Below, in pieces: positions 8,406 through 18,447 of a DNA stretch of 33,542 nucleotides; the first letter of the stretch is position 1, and every line of letters starts with the position of its first letter. The DNA comes from Methylacidiphilum sp. (GTDB taxonomy: Bacteria; Verrucomicrobiota; Verrucomicrobiia; CAIQCK01), in assembly GCA_020718125.1 (NCBI GenBank), contig DYDC01000003.1, positions 1 through 33,542 of the forward strand, given 5' to 3'. The position numbers and the translations under genes were made by a program. Below the pieces are notes generated by a model that was given only the letters and a program-made list of their open reading frames with translations, was not told where the DNA came from and made no database searches.

Positions 8406-9412
8406 GGGTGTCTTCCTCCAGATGTGGTGTTGCGGACATTGATGATCTGCGGCCCGCTCATGGCGACCGACGCGGCGCCGGGCACGATTGAAGCAGGCGG
8501 AGCGAAATAGGTGACGGGGATGTTCAAGCCGACGGACAGGTCGCACGTGGCGATGATCCGGCCCGCGCGCGAGGGATGCGTGAGGACGATCTTCAGCCGC
8601 TTGAGTTGCGCGGCAAGGTTCTCCGCCGCGAAAGTGACCAGGCCACCCTGCCGCATGACCATCACCAGGAAGCCATCCACCGCCACGTCCACGCGGTCGA
8701 AGTCGAGCAACGGCGCGAACTCCGCACCCTCGCAAAGGTGGACCAGGTCGAGCGCTTTCTGCACCTGCTCGCTCTCGATGCGCCGGCCGGGCTTGATCAG
8801 CTTTGCGTCCACACCGGTCAACAGCGGCAGCCGCACTGCCGGCTTGCCGCCCTCGCCGGTCGCGCCAAACACGCCAACCGGCTTCATCACCACCGCCGTC
8901 GCGTCAATCAGGCAGGCCGTCGGCGGCGCCGTCACGCGCCCCGCCGCGTCGCGGACGGTCTTCGTATAGACCTGCGCGATGGGCACGCGCTCGGAGATGA
9001 TAATGTGAAGCTTGTCGGGCAGCAGTCGCCGGATTTCCGCGCGGCGGATGACGGGGTGCGACTCCAGCGCGGCGCGCACGCCGGGCAGGTCCACCGCGAA
9101 AAGGTTCTGGCCCTCGCGCACGCCGGCCAGATCGACAATCTGCGGGTGCGGCAGCGTGCCGTCGGTCTCGATCTTGATCTCGTTGATGTTGTAGGCCGCG
9201 TTCTCAGTGAGCGACTTCGAGACAAAGAAGGTGAACGCATGATAGAGGCCGAACACCACCAGCCCGGCGGCCATCAGCGTCGCCAGCCAGAGCATCCCGC
9301 GGCCGACCTGCGCCTGCACGCGCTGCGAGCAGCGGACCTTCACGTCGAGCTTGCAGGGGTCGCGCCGCTTGCGGCGGTTTTCACGCGAGTTCTCGTTGAT
9401 CCAGTTGAACAT
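8402..9412 (-). CDS. ftsQ: Cell division protein FtsQ/DivIB
   Basis: Basic N-tail, one TM segment, POTRA region (GQNLFAVDL..IRRLLPDKLHIIISERVPIA). Lies between ddl and ftsA; ATG 9412 overlaps the ddl stop. Confidence 0.92.
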   Translation of the reverse strand: MFNWINENSRENRRKRRDPCKLDVKVRCSQRVQAQVGRGMLWLATLMAAGLVVFGLYHAFTFFVSKSLTENAAYNINEIKIETDGTLPHPQIVDLAGVREGQNLFAVDLPGVRAALESHPVIRRAEIRRLLPDKLHIIISERVPIAQVYTKTVRDAAGRVTAPPTACLIDATAVVMKPVGVFGATGEGGKPAVRLPLLTGVDAKLIKPGRRIESEQVQKALDLVHLCEGAEFAPLLDFDRVDVAVDGFLVMVMRQGGLVTFAAENLAAQLKRLKIVLTHPSRAGRIIATCDLSVGLNIPVTYFAPPASIVPGAASVAMSGPQIINVRNTTSGGRHP

Positions 9413-10323
9413 CAGAGTTTCCCTCCGCGCCTTGCCAGCGCCATCGTCACGATCCGCGAGCACAATTCCTCCAACCCAATGCCGACGGCCGCCGCGGCCT
9501 TCGGCAGCAGGCTCGTCTCGGTCATGCCGGGCAGCGTGTTGTTCTCCAGCACGAACGGCCGGTTGTCGCTGCGCCGCAGCATCACGTCCACGCGCGAATA
9601 ATCCCGGCAGCCCGCCGCGCGGAACGCCGCCAGCGCAACGCGCTGGACCTCCGCCGCGACCGGATCCGGCAGGTTCGCCGGCACGTCATACTCGCTCGCG
9701 CCTTTCGTGTATTTGTTCTGGTAGTCGTAAAAGCCCGCCTTCACGCGGACCTCGACCACCGGGAGCGCCCGGTCGCCGAGAATGCCGACGGTCAGCTCGC
9801 GGCCATCTATGAATTCCTCGACCACCACATGGTCGTCATAGCGGAACGCCTCGTCGAGCGCCGCCGCCATCGCGCCGGCCTCGCGCACCAACGCCACGCC
9901 GACGCTGGAACCCTGCTTCGCAGGCTTCACCACGACCGGCGGGGGCAGCGTCACGCGCCGCGCGCCATTCGCCGTGACGACCTCGTAGCGCGCGCTCGGC
10001 ACGCCGGCCGCCGCGAAAATCTCCTTCGAACGGACCTTGTCGAAGCAATCATAGCTGGCCTGCGCGCCGCAGCCCGTGTAGGCCACGCCGCGTTGCTCCA
10101 GGATGCGCTGGAGCTGGCCGTCCTCGCCGAACGTGCCGTGCAGTGCCAGGAACGCCACCGCCGTGTCCGGCTCCAGCACAAAGCCAGGCCCTTGCACGCC
10201 CACGGCATAGACAATCCAGCCCGCGCGGCGCAGCACCGCCGAGCACGCCGCGCCGGTGCGCAGCGACACGTCGCGCTCCGCGCTCGGGCCGCCCGTCATG
10301 ACCGCTACTTTTTCCTTCTGCAT
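9412..10323 (-). CDS. ddl: D-alanine--D-alanine ligase
   Basis: GGPSAERDVSL, LHGTFGEDG, VKPAKQGSSVG, YDYQNKY, ENNTLPGMT. Confidence 0.97.
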   Translation of the reverse strand: MQKEKVAVMTGGPSAERDVSLRTGAACSAVLRRAGWIVYAVGVQGPGFVLEPDTAVAFLALHGTFGEDGQLQRILEQRGVAYTGCGAQASYDCFDKVRSKEIFAAAGVPSARYEVVTANGARRVTLPPPVVVKPAKQGSSVGVALVREAGAMAAALDEAFRYDDHVVVEEFIDGRELTVGILGDRALPVVEVRVKAGFYDYQNKYTKGASEYDVPANLPDPVAAEVQRVALAAFRAAGCRDYSRVDVMLRRSDNRPFVLENNTLPGMTETSLLPKAAAAVGIGLEELCSRIVTMALARRGGKL

Positions 10324-13300
10324 CAGTCTCCGAGGATGATGACTTCGGTTTCCAACTCGATCCCGCGTTCTTCGCGGGCGCGCTTCTTCACAAACTCGAT
10401 CAGCTTCAACACGTCCTCGGCGGTCGCGCCGCCGTCATTGACGATGAAATTGCCGTGGACCTCGCTGATGCGCGCCTTGCCGATGATCTTGCCCTTGAGG
10501 CCCAGTTCATCAATCAGCTTGCCCGCCGGAATCTCCTTCGGGTTCTTGAATACGCAACCCGCGCTCGATTCGTGTGGCTGGTTGTGCCAGCGCTTCTCCT
10601 GAAAAGTCTTCAGCCGGCTTTCGATGACTTCCGGCGCGGCGGGCGTCGCCTTGAACACCGCGCCCAGCGCGACGTGGTCGCGGAACAACGGGCAGCCGCG
10701 ATATTCAAAGCGGATCTCGCCCGCGGACTTCTCCTCGACGTTGCCCGCGTAGTCCATGAACCGCACGCGCTCGACGACCTCGAACGTCCACTGCCCCATC
10801 GCGCCCGCGTTCATCCGCAACGCGCCGCCAACCGAGCCGGGGATGCCCTCCAGAAACTCCAGCCCGGTAAGATGCGCCCGTTTCGCGGCCATCACCACAT
10901 CGCGCAGCTTCGCGCCCGCGCCGGCAGCAATGCGGTCGCCGCTGACCTCGATCTTCGACAGGAACGGCCGCGTGAGCCGGATGACGACGCCTTTGACGCC
11001 GTGGTCACGCGCCAGCAGGTTCGAGCCGCGGCCGATGATGAAGAACGGCAGTCGCTCGGCGTGGCAGTAGCGCAGCACGCGGCCGAGGTCGTCCTCGCCG
11101 GCCGGCTCGCACCAGAACTGCGCGGTGCCGCCCACTTGGAACGTCGTCTTTTTCGCCATCGGTTCGTTGCGCGACAGCGCCGTCTCCGGCGCGAGCATCG
11201 CGCGCAGTTCCGCGTGAATCTGATCTTCGGTCTTCATCGGCTGGCCCGCCTTGTCGCCGACCTGACCCGCGCGGACCCGCCGCGCGACTTCGTCGGCCAC
11301 CTTCGTAATGTCGCCCGCGCCGAGCACGGCAATGATGTCGCCCGGCTGCGCCGCCGCCAGCAGCCGCCCGGCAACACGGTCGAGGTCCGGCTCGAATTCC
11401 ACGCCGGCATGGCCGCTGGCTTTGACGGCCTCGAAAATAGTCCGCCCGCTGACGCCCTCGATGGCCGGCTCGCTCGCCGCATAGACCCCGGTCAACACCA
11501 GCTTGTCCGCGCCCGCGAACGCGCGGCCGAAGCCGGACGCGAGCAGCTTGGTCCGCGTGTAGCGGTGCGGTTGGAAGGCGGCGACAATCCGCTTGCGGCC
11601 GACGGCCCGCAGCGCCTCCAGCGTGGCGCGCAGCTCCGTCGGATGGTGCGCGTAGTCGTCCACGACGAGGTAGTTGGCGTCCTCGAACTTCACATCGAGC
11701 CGGCGGTCGGCCCCGCGGAACGTCGCGAGCGCCGCGGCGATCCGGTCGAACTTCAAACCGAGCGTCAACCCGACCGCGACGGCGGCTGTGGCGTCGGAGA
11801 CGTTGTGTTTGCCGGGAATCGCCAGCATGATGTCGCCGAGTTGCCTGCCGTTGTGGCGGACGGCGAAGCGAACGCCGAACTTCTCCGTCCGCACGTCCGT
11901 GGCGCGGCAGGACGCGTCCGGCGAGAAGCCGAACGAGACGGCGCGCGGATGCGCGGAGCAGAGCTTCGCGGCGTTGGCGTCGTCGGCGCAGTAGAAGACA
12001 TGGTCGTGCGTGTTCTCAATGAACTCGCCGAAGGCGTCGAGGATGGCCGGCAGGTCGCGGTAGTAGTCGAGGTGCTCCTCCTCGATGTTGAGCACGACAC
12101 CGTGGGTCGGGGCGTATTCCACCAACGTGCCGTCGCTCTCGTCGCACTCGGCAACGAAGAACTCGCCGGCGCCGTCGCCGGCATTGCCGCCGATGGAGGC
12201 GACGTAGCCGCCGACGCTGAACGACGGATCGTGGCCGCCCGCCTTGAGGACGCGGGCGATCATCGCGGTGGTGGTGGTCTTGCCGTGCGTGCCCGCGACA
12301 CAAATGGAGGCCGGCGCTTTCTTGCCGGGCAGGAACGGCGTCTGCATCACGGCGGAAAGCATCCGCGCGCGGCGCACGAGCGGCACGCCGGCCGCCTTGG
12401 CCGCGCGTAACTCAGGGTTGTCCTTCTGGATCGCGCTCGAATGGATGACGAGGTCCGGCTTCCCGATGTTGGCCGCGTCGTGGCCGGTGAAGACTGTGCC
12501 GCCGCGGGCGCGCAGCGCGTCGAGTTCCTTGCCGGCGCACAGGTCGGAGCCGGTGACGCGATGGCCGCGGGCGAGGAGCAGCCGGGCGATGCCGCTCATG
12601 CCGCAACCCGCGATGCCGACGAAGTGGACCGCGCAGGCGCTCTCGCCGAGCAGGCGGATGATGTCGGCGATTTCGATCTCGCGACGGGCGATGCCCGGCT
12701 CGGCCACGCCAGCGACCTGCGCAAGCAGCGTCGCGATGGCCGCCGCGGCATCGGGCCGGCGCAGGGCGGCCATCTTCTCGGCCATGTCGCGGCGCGTGGC
12801 GCTGACAAGCATTTCCTCCACGGCGCGGGCGAGCATCTCACCGGAGGTTTCGGCCTGCGGCATGACGCGGGCGCCGCCGTTGCGGGCGGCGAACTGGGCG
12901 TTGAAAAGCTGGTGATTGTCGGCAGCGTCCGGGAACGGGACGAGGATGGCCGGCAGGCCGAACCACGCCAGTTCGGCAAGGCTCGCCGCGCCGGCGCGAG
13001 CGACGGCCAGCGTCGCGGCGCTGTAGGCGAGTTCCATCTCCTTCTGGAAGGGACGGACGACGGCCTTGAAGCCGGTGGTTTCCCACGCGGCGCGAACTCG
13101 CTCGAAATCAGCCTCGCCGGTGAGGTGGATGAACTGAAGCTGGCGCGCCAGATGTTTCAAGTGCGGCAGCGCGGCCAGCATGAGGTCGTTGAGGCCGCGA
13201 GCGCCCTGGCTGCCGCCAACGACCAGCACGGTCTGGCGGCGCGTCTCAAGGCCAAGCTGCCAGCGGGCGTCGCCGGCGGGGCGTTTGCGGAGCGAGGCGC

Positions 13301-13790
13301 GGACGGGCGTGCCGGCATTGACGACGCAACGGCCGGGCAGACGGGCGGCGCATTCGTCCATGCCGACGGCGACGGCGGCGACCCAGCGCGCGAGAAGGCG
13401 CGTGGCGCGGCCGGGAATGGCGTTGGAGTCGTGCAGGACGACCGGGACGCGGCGACGGCGCGCGGCAATGACCGGCGGGGCGGAGGTGAAGCCGCCCATG
13501 CCGAGAACCACGTCTGGCTCGAAGTCGTCGAAGAGCTGCCCGCAGAGCCGTGTGGCGCGGAGTTGTTCGGCCAGAAACGTGATGATGCGTGGCGATGTCC
13601 ACGGCGGCAGGCCGATGCCGGGAATGGCGCGGACCTCGATGGCGGCGGCGAGTTGGAAGGCGTGGCGGTCAATCTCCTTTTCGGAGACGAGCAGCAGGAC
13701 GCGATGGCCGCGGAGACGCAGCGCCTCCGCCACCGCCAGCCCCGGGAAGAGGTGGCCGCCCGTGCCGCCGCATGCGATCGCGACGTTCAT
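10323..13790 (-). CDS. murG-murC-murB: Trifunctional fusion MurG-MurC-MurB (1155 aa)
   Basis: One uninterrupted ORF. MurG: GGTGGH, GMGGF, GGSQGA, RAGA, HQLFNA. MurC: HFVGIAGCGMSG, GTHGKTTT, ECDESDG, DDYAHHPTE, FQPHRYTRT. MurB: GRGSNLL, GIPGSVGGALRMNAGA, SAGCVFKNP, HGNFIVN, LETEV. Confidence 0.95.
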   Translation of the reverse strand: MNVAIACGGTGGHLFPGLAVAEALRLRGHRVLLLVSEKEIDRHAFQLAAAIEVRAIPGIGLPPWTSPRIITFLAEQLRATRLCGQLFDDFEPDVVLGMGGFTSAPPVIAARRRRVPVVLHDSNAIPGRATRLLARWVAAVAVGMDECAARLPGRCVVNAGTPVRASLRKRPAGDARWQLGLETRRQTVLVVGGSQGARGLNDLMLAALPHLKHLARQLQFIHLTGEADFERVRAAWETTGFKAVVRPFQKEMELAYSAATLAVARAGAASLAELAWFGLPAILVPFPDAADNHQLFNAQFAARNGGARVMPQAETSGEMLARAVEEMLVSATRRDMAEKMAALRRPDAAAAIATLLAQVAGVAEPGIARREIEIADIIRLLGESACAVHFVGIAGCGMSGIARLLLARGHRVTGSDLCAGKELDALRARGGTVFTGHDAANIGKPDLVIHSSAIQKDNPELRAAKAAGVPLVRRARMLSAVMQTPFLPGKKAPASICVAGTHGKTTTTAMIARVLKAGGHDPSFSVGGYVASIGGNAGDGAGEFFVAECDESDGTLVEYAPTHGVVLNIEEEHLDYYRDLPAILDAFGEFIENTHDHVFYCADDANAAKLCSAHPRAVSFGFSPDASCRATDVRTEKFGVRFAVRHNGRQLGDIMLAIPGKHNVSDATAAVAVGLTLGLKFDRIAAALATFRGADRRLDVKFEDANYLVVDDYAHHPTELRATLEALRAVGRKRIVAAFQPHRYTRTKLLASGFGRAFAGADKLVLTGVYAASEPAIEGVSGRTIFEAVKASGHAGVEFEPDLDRVAGRLLAAAQPGDIIAVLGAGDITKVADEVARRVRAGQVGDKAGQPMKTEDQIHAELRAMLAPETALSRNEPMAKKTTFQVGGTAQFWCEPAGEDDLGRVLRYCHAERLPFFIIGRGSNLLARDHGVKGVVIRLTRPFLSKIEVSGDRIAAGAGAKLRDVVMAAKRAHLTGLEFLEGIPGSVGGALRMNAGAMGQWTFEVVERVRFMDYAGNVEEKSAGEIRFEYRGCPLFRDHVALGAVFKATPAAPEVIESRLKTFQEKRWHNQPHESSAGCVFKNPKEIPAGKLIDELGLKGKIIGKARISEVHGNFIVNDGGATAEDVLKLIEFVKKRAREERGIELETEVIILGD

Positions 13791-13809
13791 CGTCAAAGTT
13801 TTCCTGTCA

Positions 13810-15000
13810 TCAAACCGCCGTGGCCCGCCGCGCGAATGGACCGGCCGGCACATGCTCCGGCGCGCCCGCGTGTCGGGCGACGCTGAGGAGCAGGCCGACG
13901 CAGGTCAGCATGACGCAGAGATTGGAGCCGCCGTAGCTGATGAACGGCAACGGCAAGCCCTTGTTGGGCATCATCGAGGTCACAACCGCCAGGTTGATCA
14001 AGGCTTGAAACCCGATGAGCGAGACGATGCCCATGCCGAGCAGACAACCGTAGAGTTCCCGCGCACGCGTGCTGACATACACGCCGACGGCAATCAAGAC
14101 GACGAACGCGACCAGCAGCGCGGCCATGCCGACGAGGCCCAGTTCCTCGCCAATGATCGGCGCAATGAAGTCACTGGAGGCATACGGCAGGTAATGCTCC
14201 TTGGTGCGGCTCTGGCCCAGGCCGAGGCCCCACAGGCCGCCGGTGCCGAAGGCGAGCTGGGCCTGCCATTGCTGGAGACCGGTGCCGAGCTTGTTGTGTT
14301 CGAGGTCGAGGAACTCGACGATGCGGCGATAGCGCACGGGGTCGTGGAAGAGATACCAGCCCAGCATCGCCGCGCCGCCCGTGAAGCTCGGGAACAACAC
14401 CCGCCATCGCACGCCACCGAGGAACATGACACAGAAGCCGGCCATCGCGATGAGCACCGAGGTGCCCACGTCGGTCTCGCACAGGACGGGGCCGACAATC
14501 GCGCCCACAAGGAACAGCGGCACGAGGATGCCGCGTTTCCATTCATCCCATTTCTGCCGGAACAGGAGGAGTTTCGTCAGCCGGACTTCCTGCACATCGC
14601 GCTGCCAGCGGTCCAAGTAGTGCGCCAGCATCAGGATGACGGCCAGCTTGCCCAGTTCGGAAGGTTGGAGCGTGATCGAGCCGAATTGGAGCCAGCGGCG
14701 CGAGCCATTGATCATCCTGCCAATGCCGGGCACCAGGACGACCAGACAGAGGGCAAACGCGGCGAGCCAGACCAGCCAGATGAGTTTCCGCCAGCGGTTG
14801 TAGTCCACCGCCGCGGTGACCAGCATCGCGACGAGGCCGATGCCGATCCATGCGAGTTGGCGGTTGAGGAACCAGAGTGGGTTGTGGTCGTATTGAGCGG
14901 AGCGGATGGCGTAGGGGTAACTGGCGCTGTAGAGCATCACCAGACCGAAGCTCAGCAGGAACAAGACACAGACAAGTATCGCGACGACGCTTTTCTTCAA
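13810..15000 (-). CDS. ftsW: Peptidoglycan polymerase FtsW (SEDS family)
   Basis: Multi-TM protein with NGSRRW, QPSELGK, LPYASSDFI, KGLPLPFISYGGS. TTG start. Confidence 0.96.
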   Translation of the reverse strand: MKKSVVAILVCVLFLLSFGLVMLYSASYPYAIRSAQYDHNPLWFLNRQLAWIGIGLVAMLVTAAVDYNRWRKLIWLVWLAAFALCLVVLVPGIGRMINGSRRWLQFGSITLQPSELGKLAVILMLAHYLDRWQRDVQEVRLTKLLLFRQKWDEWKRGILVPLFLVGAIVGPVLCETDVGTSVLIAMAGFCVMFLGGVRWRVLFPSFTGGAAMLGWYLFHDPVRYRRIVEFLDLEHNKLGTGLQQWQAQLAFGTGGLWGLGLGQSRTKEHYLPYASSDFIAPIIGEELGLVGMAALLVAFVVLIAVGVYVSTRARELYGCLLGMGIVSLIGFQALINLAVVTSMMPNKGLPLPFISYGGSNLCVMLTCVGLLLSVARHAGAPEHVPAGPFARRATAV

Positions 15001-15091
15001 CGGACCTCAGTTTGCATGTTGTCGGTGACCGCCCCAACCGCCGATCTGGTCTGGGGAAGCCCTCCGCGGTTCAATGTTCAAACATCAGGCT

Positions 15092-15907
15092 CTACGGATT
15101 GCCGGGCACGGGGCCAGGGGGCGGCGTGCTTGGCGCACTGGGCGGCGGCTGCAACGCCGGCGGCGTGGCCAGTCCCGGCGCGGCGCCTTCCGGAGCGCCG
15201 GATGTCGGGACGGTCGGCGCCGGAACAGCTTCCGGCATCGGGATGCCACCGGTCGCAGGAGCCGCACCTGCCGCGGCGGGCGCGGCAGCGCCACCGGGCA
15301 CGTTCAGCTTCTGGCCGATCTGCAATTTCTTCGGGTCAAGCCCCGGATTCGCATCCATCAGGGCTTGCGGCTTCACGCTGAGTTTCTTCGCGATCTTGTC
15401 CGGCGTGTCGCCGGTCGCGACGACATACTGGCCATCGGGGTTCATGGCGCCAGCTCCGGCTGGCGACGCGGCCGCCTTCTTCGGGGCCGTCTTTTTCTTC
15501 ACGGCGGGCTTCGGCGCGGCGAGGGCCTTCTGGCCGCTCTCCTGCGGCGTGGGAATCTTCAGCTTCTGGCCGACCCGGATGACGTCGCCGGAGAGGTGAT
15601 TGGCGTTTTTGATCGCGGTGACGGTGGTTCCGTATTTGTGCGCGATGCCTGAGAGCGTTTCGCCCTTGGCGACACCGTGGGTCGTTTCCTTCAGTGCCAC
15701 CGGCAACGCCGGCTTGGTCTCCACCGGCGGCAGGACGGGCGGAGGCGGGGGCGCCGTCTCCGGCAACGGGGCTATGGGCGTCGCGCCGGGTGGCGGGCCG
15801 GCAGCCACCTTGGACTTCGGTTTGCAGCTTTCAAACACCATGAAGCTGCCAATCACCGCCACGTGCAATCCGGCAATCAGGCCGATCTTCCACAACTTCG
15901 AGTTCAT
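15092..15907 (-). CDS. Membrane-anchored protein with two LysM domains and Pro/Ala-rich linkers
   Basis: N-terminal hydrophobic segment; LysM1 HGVAKGETLSGIA..GQKLKIP; LysM2 YVVATGDTPDKIA..GQKLNVP. GGAG RBS precedes ATG 15907. Confidence 0.92.
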   Translation of the reverse strand: MNSKLWKIGLIAGLHVAVIGSFMVFESCKPKSKVAAGPPPGATPIAPLPETAPPPPPVLPPVETKPALPVALKETTHGVAKGETLSGIAHKYGTTVTAIKNANHLSGDVIRVGQKLKIPTPQESGQKALAAPKPAVKKKTAPKKAAASPAGAGAMNPDGQYVVATGDTPDKIAKKLSVKPQALMDANPGLDPKKLQIGQKLNVPGGAAAPAAAGAAPATGGIPMPEAVPAPTVPTSGAPEGAAPGLATPPALQPPPSAPSTPPPGPVPGNP

Positions 15908-15971
15908 GTTCGTTCTCCGTTCGTCTGCGTCTTGTTCCTGGTTCCTGTCGATTGTTGACTCGCGAAATTTG

Positions 15972-17321
15972 TCAGCCGGACGCGAGCGCCCGGACGATCT
16001 GTTTGAACCGCTCTCCGCGGTCTTCATAGTCGCGAAACATATCAAAGCTAGAGCACGCTGGCGAGAGCAATACCACGTCACCAGGGGCCGCCGCCCGCCG
16101 GGCCTGCTCCACCGCGTCCTGCAACGAGCCGGCCTTCACGCAACGCACCGCCGACGACCACGCGGCGGCCAGCTTGTCGCGCGTTTCGCCGATCAACACC
16201 GCCAGCTTCACCTTCCGCCGCAGCGTGTCGTTCAGCTCCGCAAAATCAAAACCCTTGTCCTTGCCGCCGGCGATCAACACCACCGCCTCGCGGAAACCCG
16301 CCAGCGCTTTCTCGACCGCGTCCACGTTGGTGGCCTTCGAGTCGTTCACATAGCGCACGCCGCCGATCTCCGCCACCAGTTCACAGCGGTGCGGCAGCGG
16401 CCGGCAATCCGCAATCGCCGCCCGCGCCGACGCCAGCGGCACACCAAAGGCCATCGCGGTTGCCAGCGCGGCCATGATGTTCTCCGCGTTATGCGGCCCG
16501 CGCAACCGCGTCGCCGTCATGTCGAGCAACTCGCCTTCGCCTTCGCCTGCGATCTTCGTGCCGTCCAACCAAAACGCGCAGCCCGGCCGATGGCTCCGCG
16601 CGCTGAACCACACCTGCCGCGGCCCATCCGGCCCGCGCAGCGCGGCAAACCTTCCGCGGCAATCCTCGTTGACCACCGCCCAGTCGTCCGCCCGCTGGTT
16701 GGCGAAGATCCGCTCCTTCGCCGCCGCATACTCGCGCAGCGACGGATAACGGTCGAGATGGTCCGGCGTCACGTTGAGCATCACGCTCACCCGCGGCCGG
16801 AACTGTTCGATGCGTTCCAATTGGAAAGAACTGACTTCGAGCACCGCCACGTCGAGCGGCTCGCCACGCGCCAGCAACTCGCAAAACGCCAGCCCGATGT
16901 TGCCCGCCGCTGTCGTCCGCTTGCCGCCAGCCTGCAACACCCGCGCGCACAACCCGGTGGTCGTCGTCTTCCCGTTGGTGCCCGTGACGGCCACGACCGG
17001 GCAGGCGCAAAAGCGGAAACCGAGCTCCAACTCGCTGATGATCGGAACGCGGGCCGCCTCCAACTCGCGAACAAGCGTGTTTTCCGGTGGAATTCCCGGA
17101 CTTAACACCACCAAGTCCGCTGCCAGCGGGGCCGGTCTTGTCACGCCCAACCGCACATCCACGCCCCGCTCGCGTAGCGACGACGCCACCGTTTGTAGGG
17201 CATCGCCGTCCGCATTGTCAACGGCGATGACGCGCGCGCCGCGGGCCGCCAGCAGCCTTGCCGCCGCCGCGCCGCTCCGGCCCAGGCCAAGCACCAACGC
17301 CGTTTGACCGTTCATATTCAT
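15972..17321 (-). CDS. murD: UDP-MurNAc-L-Ala--D-glutamate ligase
   Basis: GLGRSG, TGTNGKTTT, EVSSFQLE, DHLDRY, NDSKATN, SPACSSFDMF. Confidence 0.98.
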   Translation of the reverse strand: MNMNGQTALVLGLGRSGAAAARLLAARGARVIAVDNADGDALQTVASSLRERGVDVRLGVTRPAPLAADLVVLSPGIPPENTLVRELEAARVPIISELELGFRFCACPVVAVTGTNGKTTTTGLCARVLQAGGKRTTAAGNIGLAFCELLARGEPLDVAVLEVSSFQLERIEQFRPRVSVMLNVTPDHLDRYPSLREYAAAKERIFANQRADDWAVVNEDCRGRFAALRGPDGPRQVWFSARSHRPGCAFWLDGTKIAGEGEGELLDMTATRLRGPHNAENIMAALATAMAFGVPLASARAAIADCRPLPHRCELVAEIGGVRYVNDSKATNVDAVEKALAGFREAVVLIAGGKDKGFDFAELNDTLRRKVKLAVLIGETRDKLAAAWSSAVRCVKAGSLQDAVEQARRAAAPGDVVLLSPACSSFDMFRDYEDRGERFKQIVRALASG

Positions 17322-17324
17322 CGC

Positions 17325-18443
17325 TTATCGCAACTTCAAAGTGCCGACACCAATCAGCGCGAACACCAACGACAGAATCCAGAACCGCACCACGATCTTC
17401 GTCTCGTCCCAACCCTTCAGTTGAAAATGATAATGCAGCGGCGTCATCAGGAACACGCGCCGCCCCTCGCCGTAACGGCTTCGGGTCCACTTGAACCAGC
17501 TCGTCTGGATGATGACACTCGCCGCCTCGACGACAAAGATGCCGCCGATGATCACAAGCGCCAGCGGTTGTTGGATCAGCAGCGCGACAATCCCGATCAC
17601 GCCGCCGAGCGCCAGGGCGCCCGTGTCACCCATGAACACCTGCGCCGGATGACAGTTGAACCACAAAAACCCCATCCCCGCGCCGAACAACGCCGCGCAG
17701 AACACGGCAAGCTCGCCCGCGTTCTTTTGGTGCGGGATATGCAGATACTTCGCCAGCGCCGGCTGGTCCGCCACGTAGGCCATCACCGCCAGCGCCGCCG
17801 CGCACGAGATCGTGCAGCCGATGGCCAGACCGTCGAGGCCGTCGGTCAGGTTCACCGCGTTCGCGCTCGCAATGATGACCAGCTCGACCAAGACAATCGC
17901 CCACAGTCCCATGTCGGGGACAAGCGGCTTCTTGAGAAACGGCACCCACAACTCGCGCACAATCCTGTTCGTGTCGCTGTCGAGCCACAGCCACCCGCCG
18001 ACGATGAGGCCCAGCACCACCTGGCCCATCAACTTCTCCCAACTGCCAAGACCCTGGCGCACCTTCTTCCGCACCTTCAGGTAATCGTCAATCCAGCCGA
18101 GCGCCGCCAGCCACAGCAGGCAGAACAGCGTCAGCCACACAAAGTGGATTTTCGGGTTGACCCACAACACCGTCGTGACCGTCAACGCGATCACGATCAG
18201 GATGCCGCCCATCGAGGGGGTGGCGCTCTTGCCCTTGCGCAACTCCGCCAGCGTCTTCAAGTCCGCGTGGTCGCCCACGTGCTCGCCGTATTTCAACCGG
18301 CGCAGCCAGCGGATGACCATCGGACCCAGCACGACGCTGATCAGCATCGCCGTCACCGCCGCCATCACCGCGCGGAAGTTGACATAGCGGAAGACGTTCA
18401 GCGGCCCCATCCAGTCGCTGAGTTGGTGCAGGTAGTAGAACAT
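17325..18443 (-). CDS. mraY: Phospho-MurNAc-pentapeptide transferase
   Basis: TPSMGG, DDYLK, NAVNLTDGLDGLA, FMGDTG, PLHYHF. Confidence 0.98.
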   Translation of the reverse strand: MFYYLHQLSDWMGPLNVFRYVNFRAVMAAVTAMLISVVLGPMVIRWLRRLKYGEHVGDHADLKTLAELRKGKSATPSMGGILIVIALTVTTVLWVNPKIHFVWLTLFCLLWLAALGWIDDYLKVRKKVRQGLGSWEKLMGQVVLGLIVGGWLWLDSDTNRIVRELWVPFLKKPLVPDMGLWAIVLVELVIIASANAVNLTDGLDGLAIGCTISCAAALAVMAYVADQPALAKYLHIPHQKNAGELAVFCAALFGAGMGFLWFNCHPAQVFMGDTGALALGGVIGIVALLIQQPLALVIIGGIFVVEAASVIIQTSWFKWTRSRYGEGRRVFLMTPLHYHFQLKGWDETKIVVRFWILSLVFALIGVGTLKLR

Positions 18444-18447
18444 GGCC

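Noticed and set aside
13790-13853. Possible FtsW-MurG fusion extending the triple fusion
   Set aside because: ftsW has its own stop at 13810 in a different frame, 19 nt before the murG ATG.
15300-15575. Repeated TTCAGCTTCTGGCCGA in the LysM gene
   Set aside because: Reflects the two homologous LysM domains (GQKL), not a separate repeat element.
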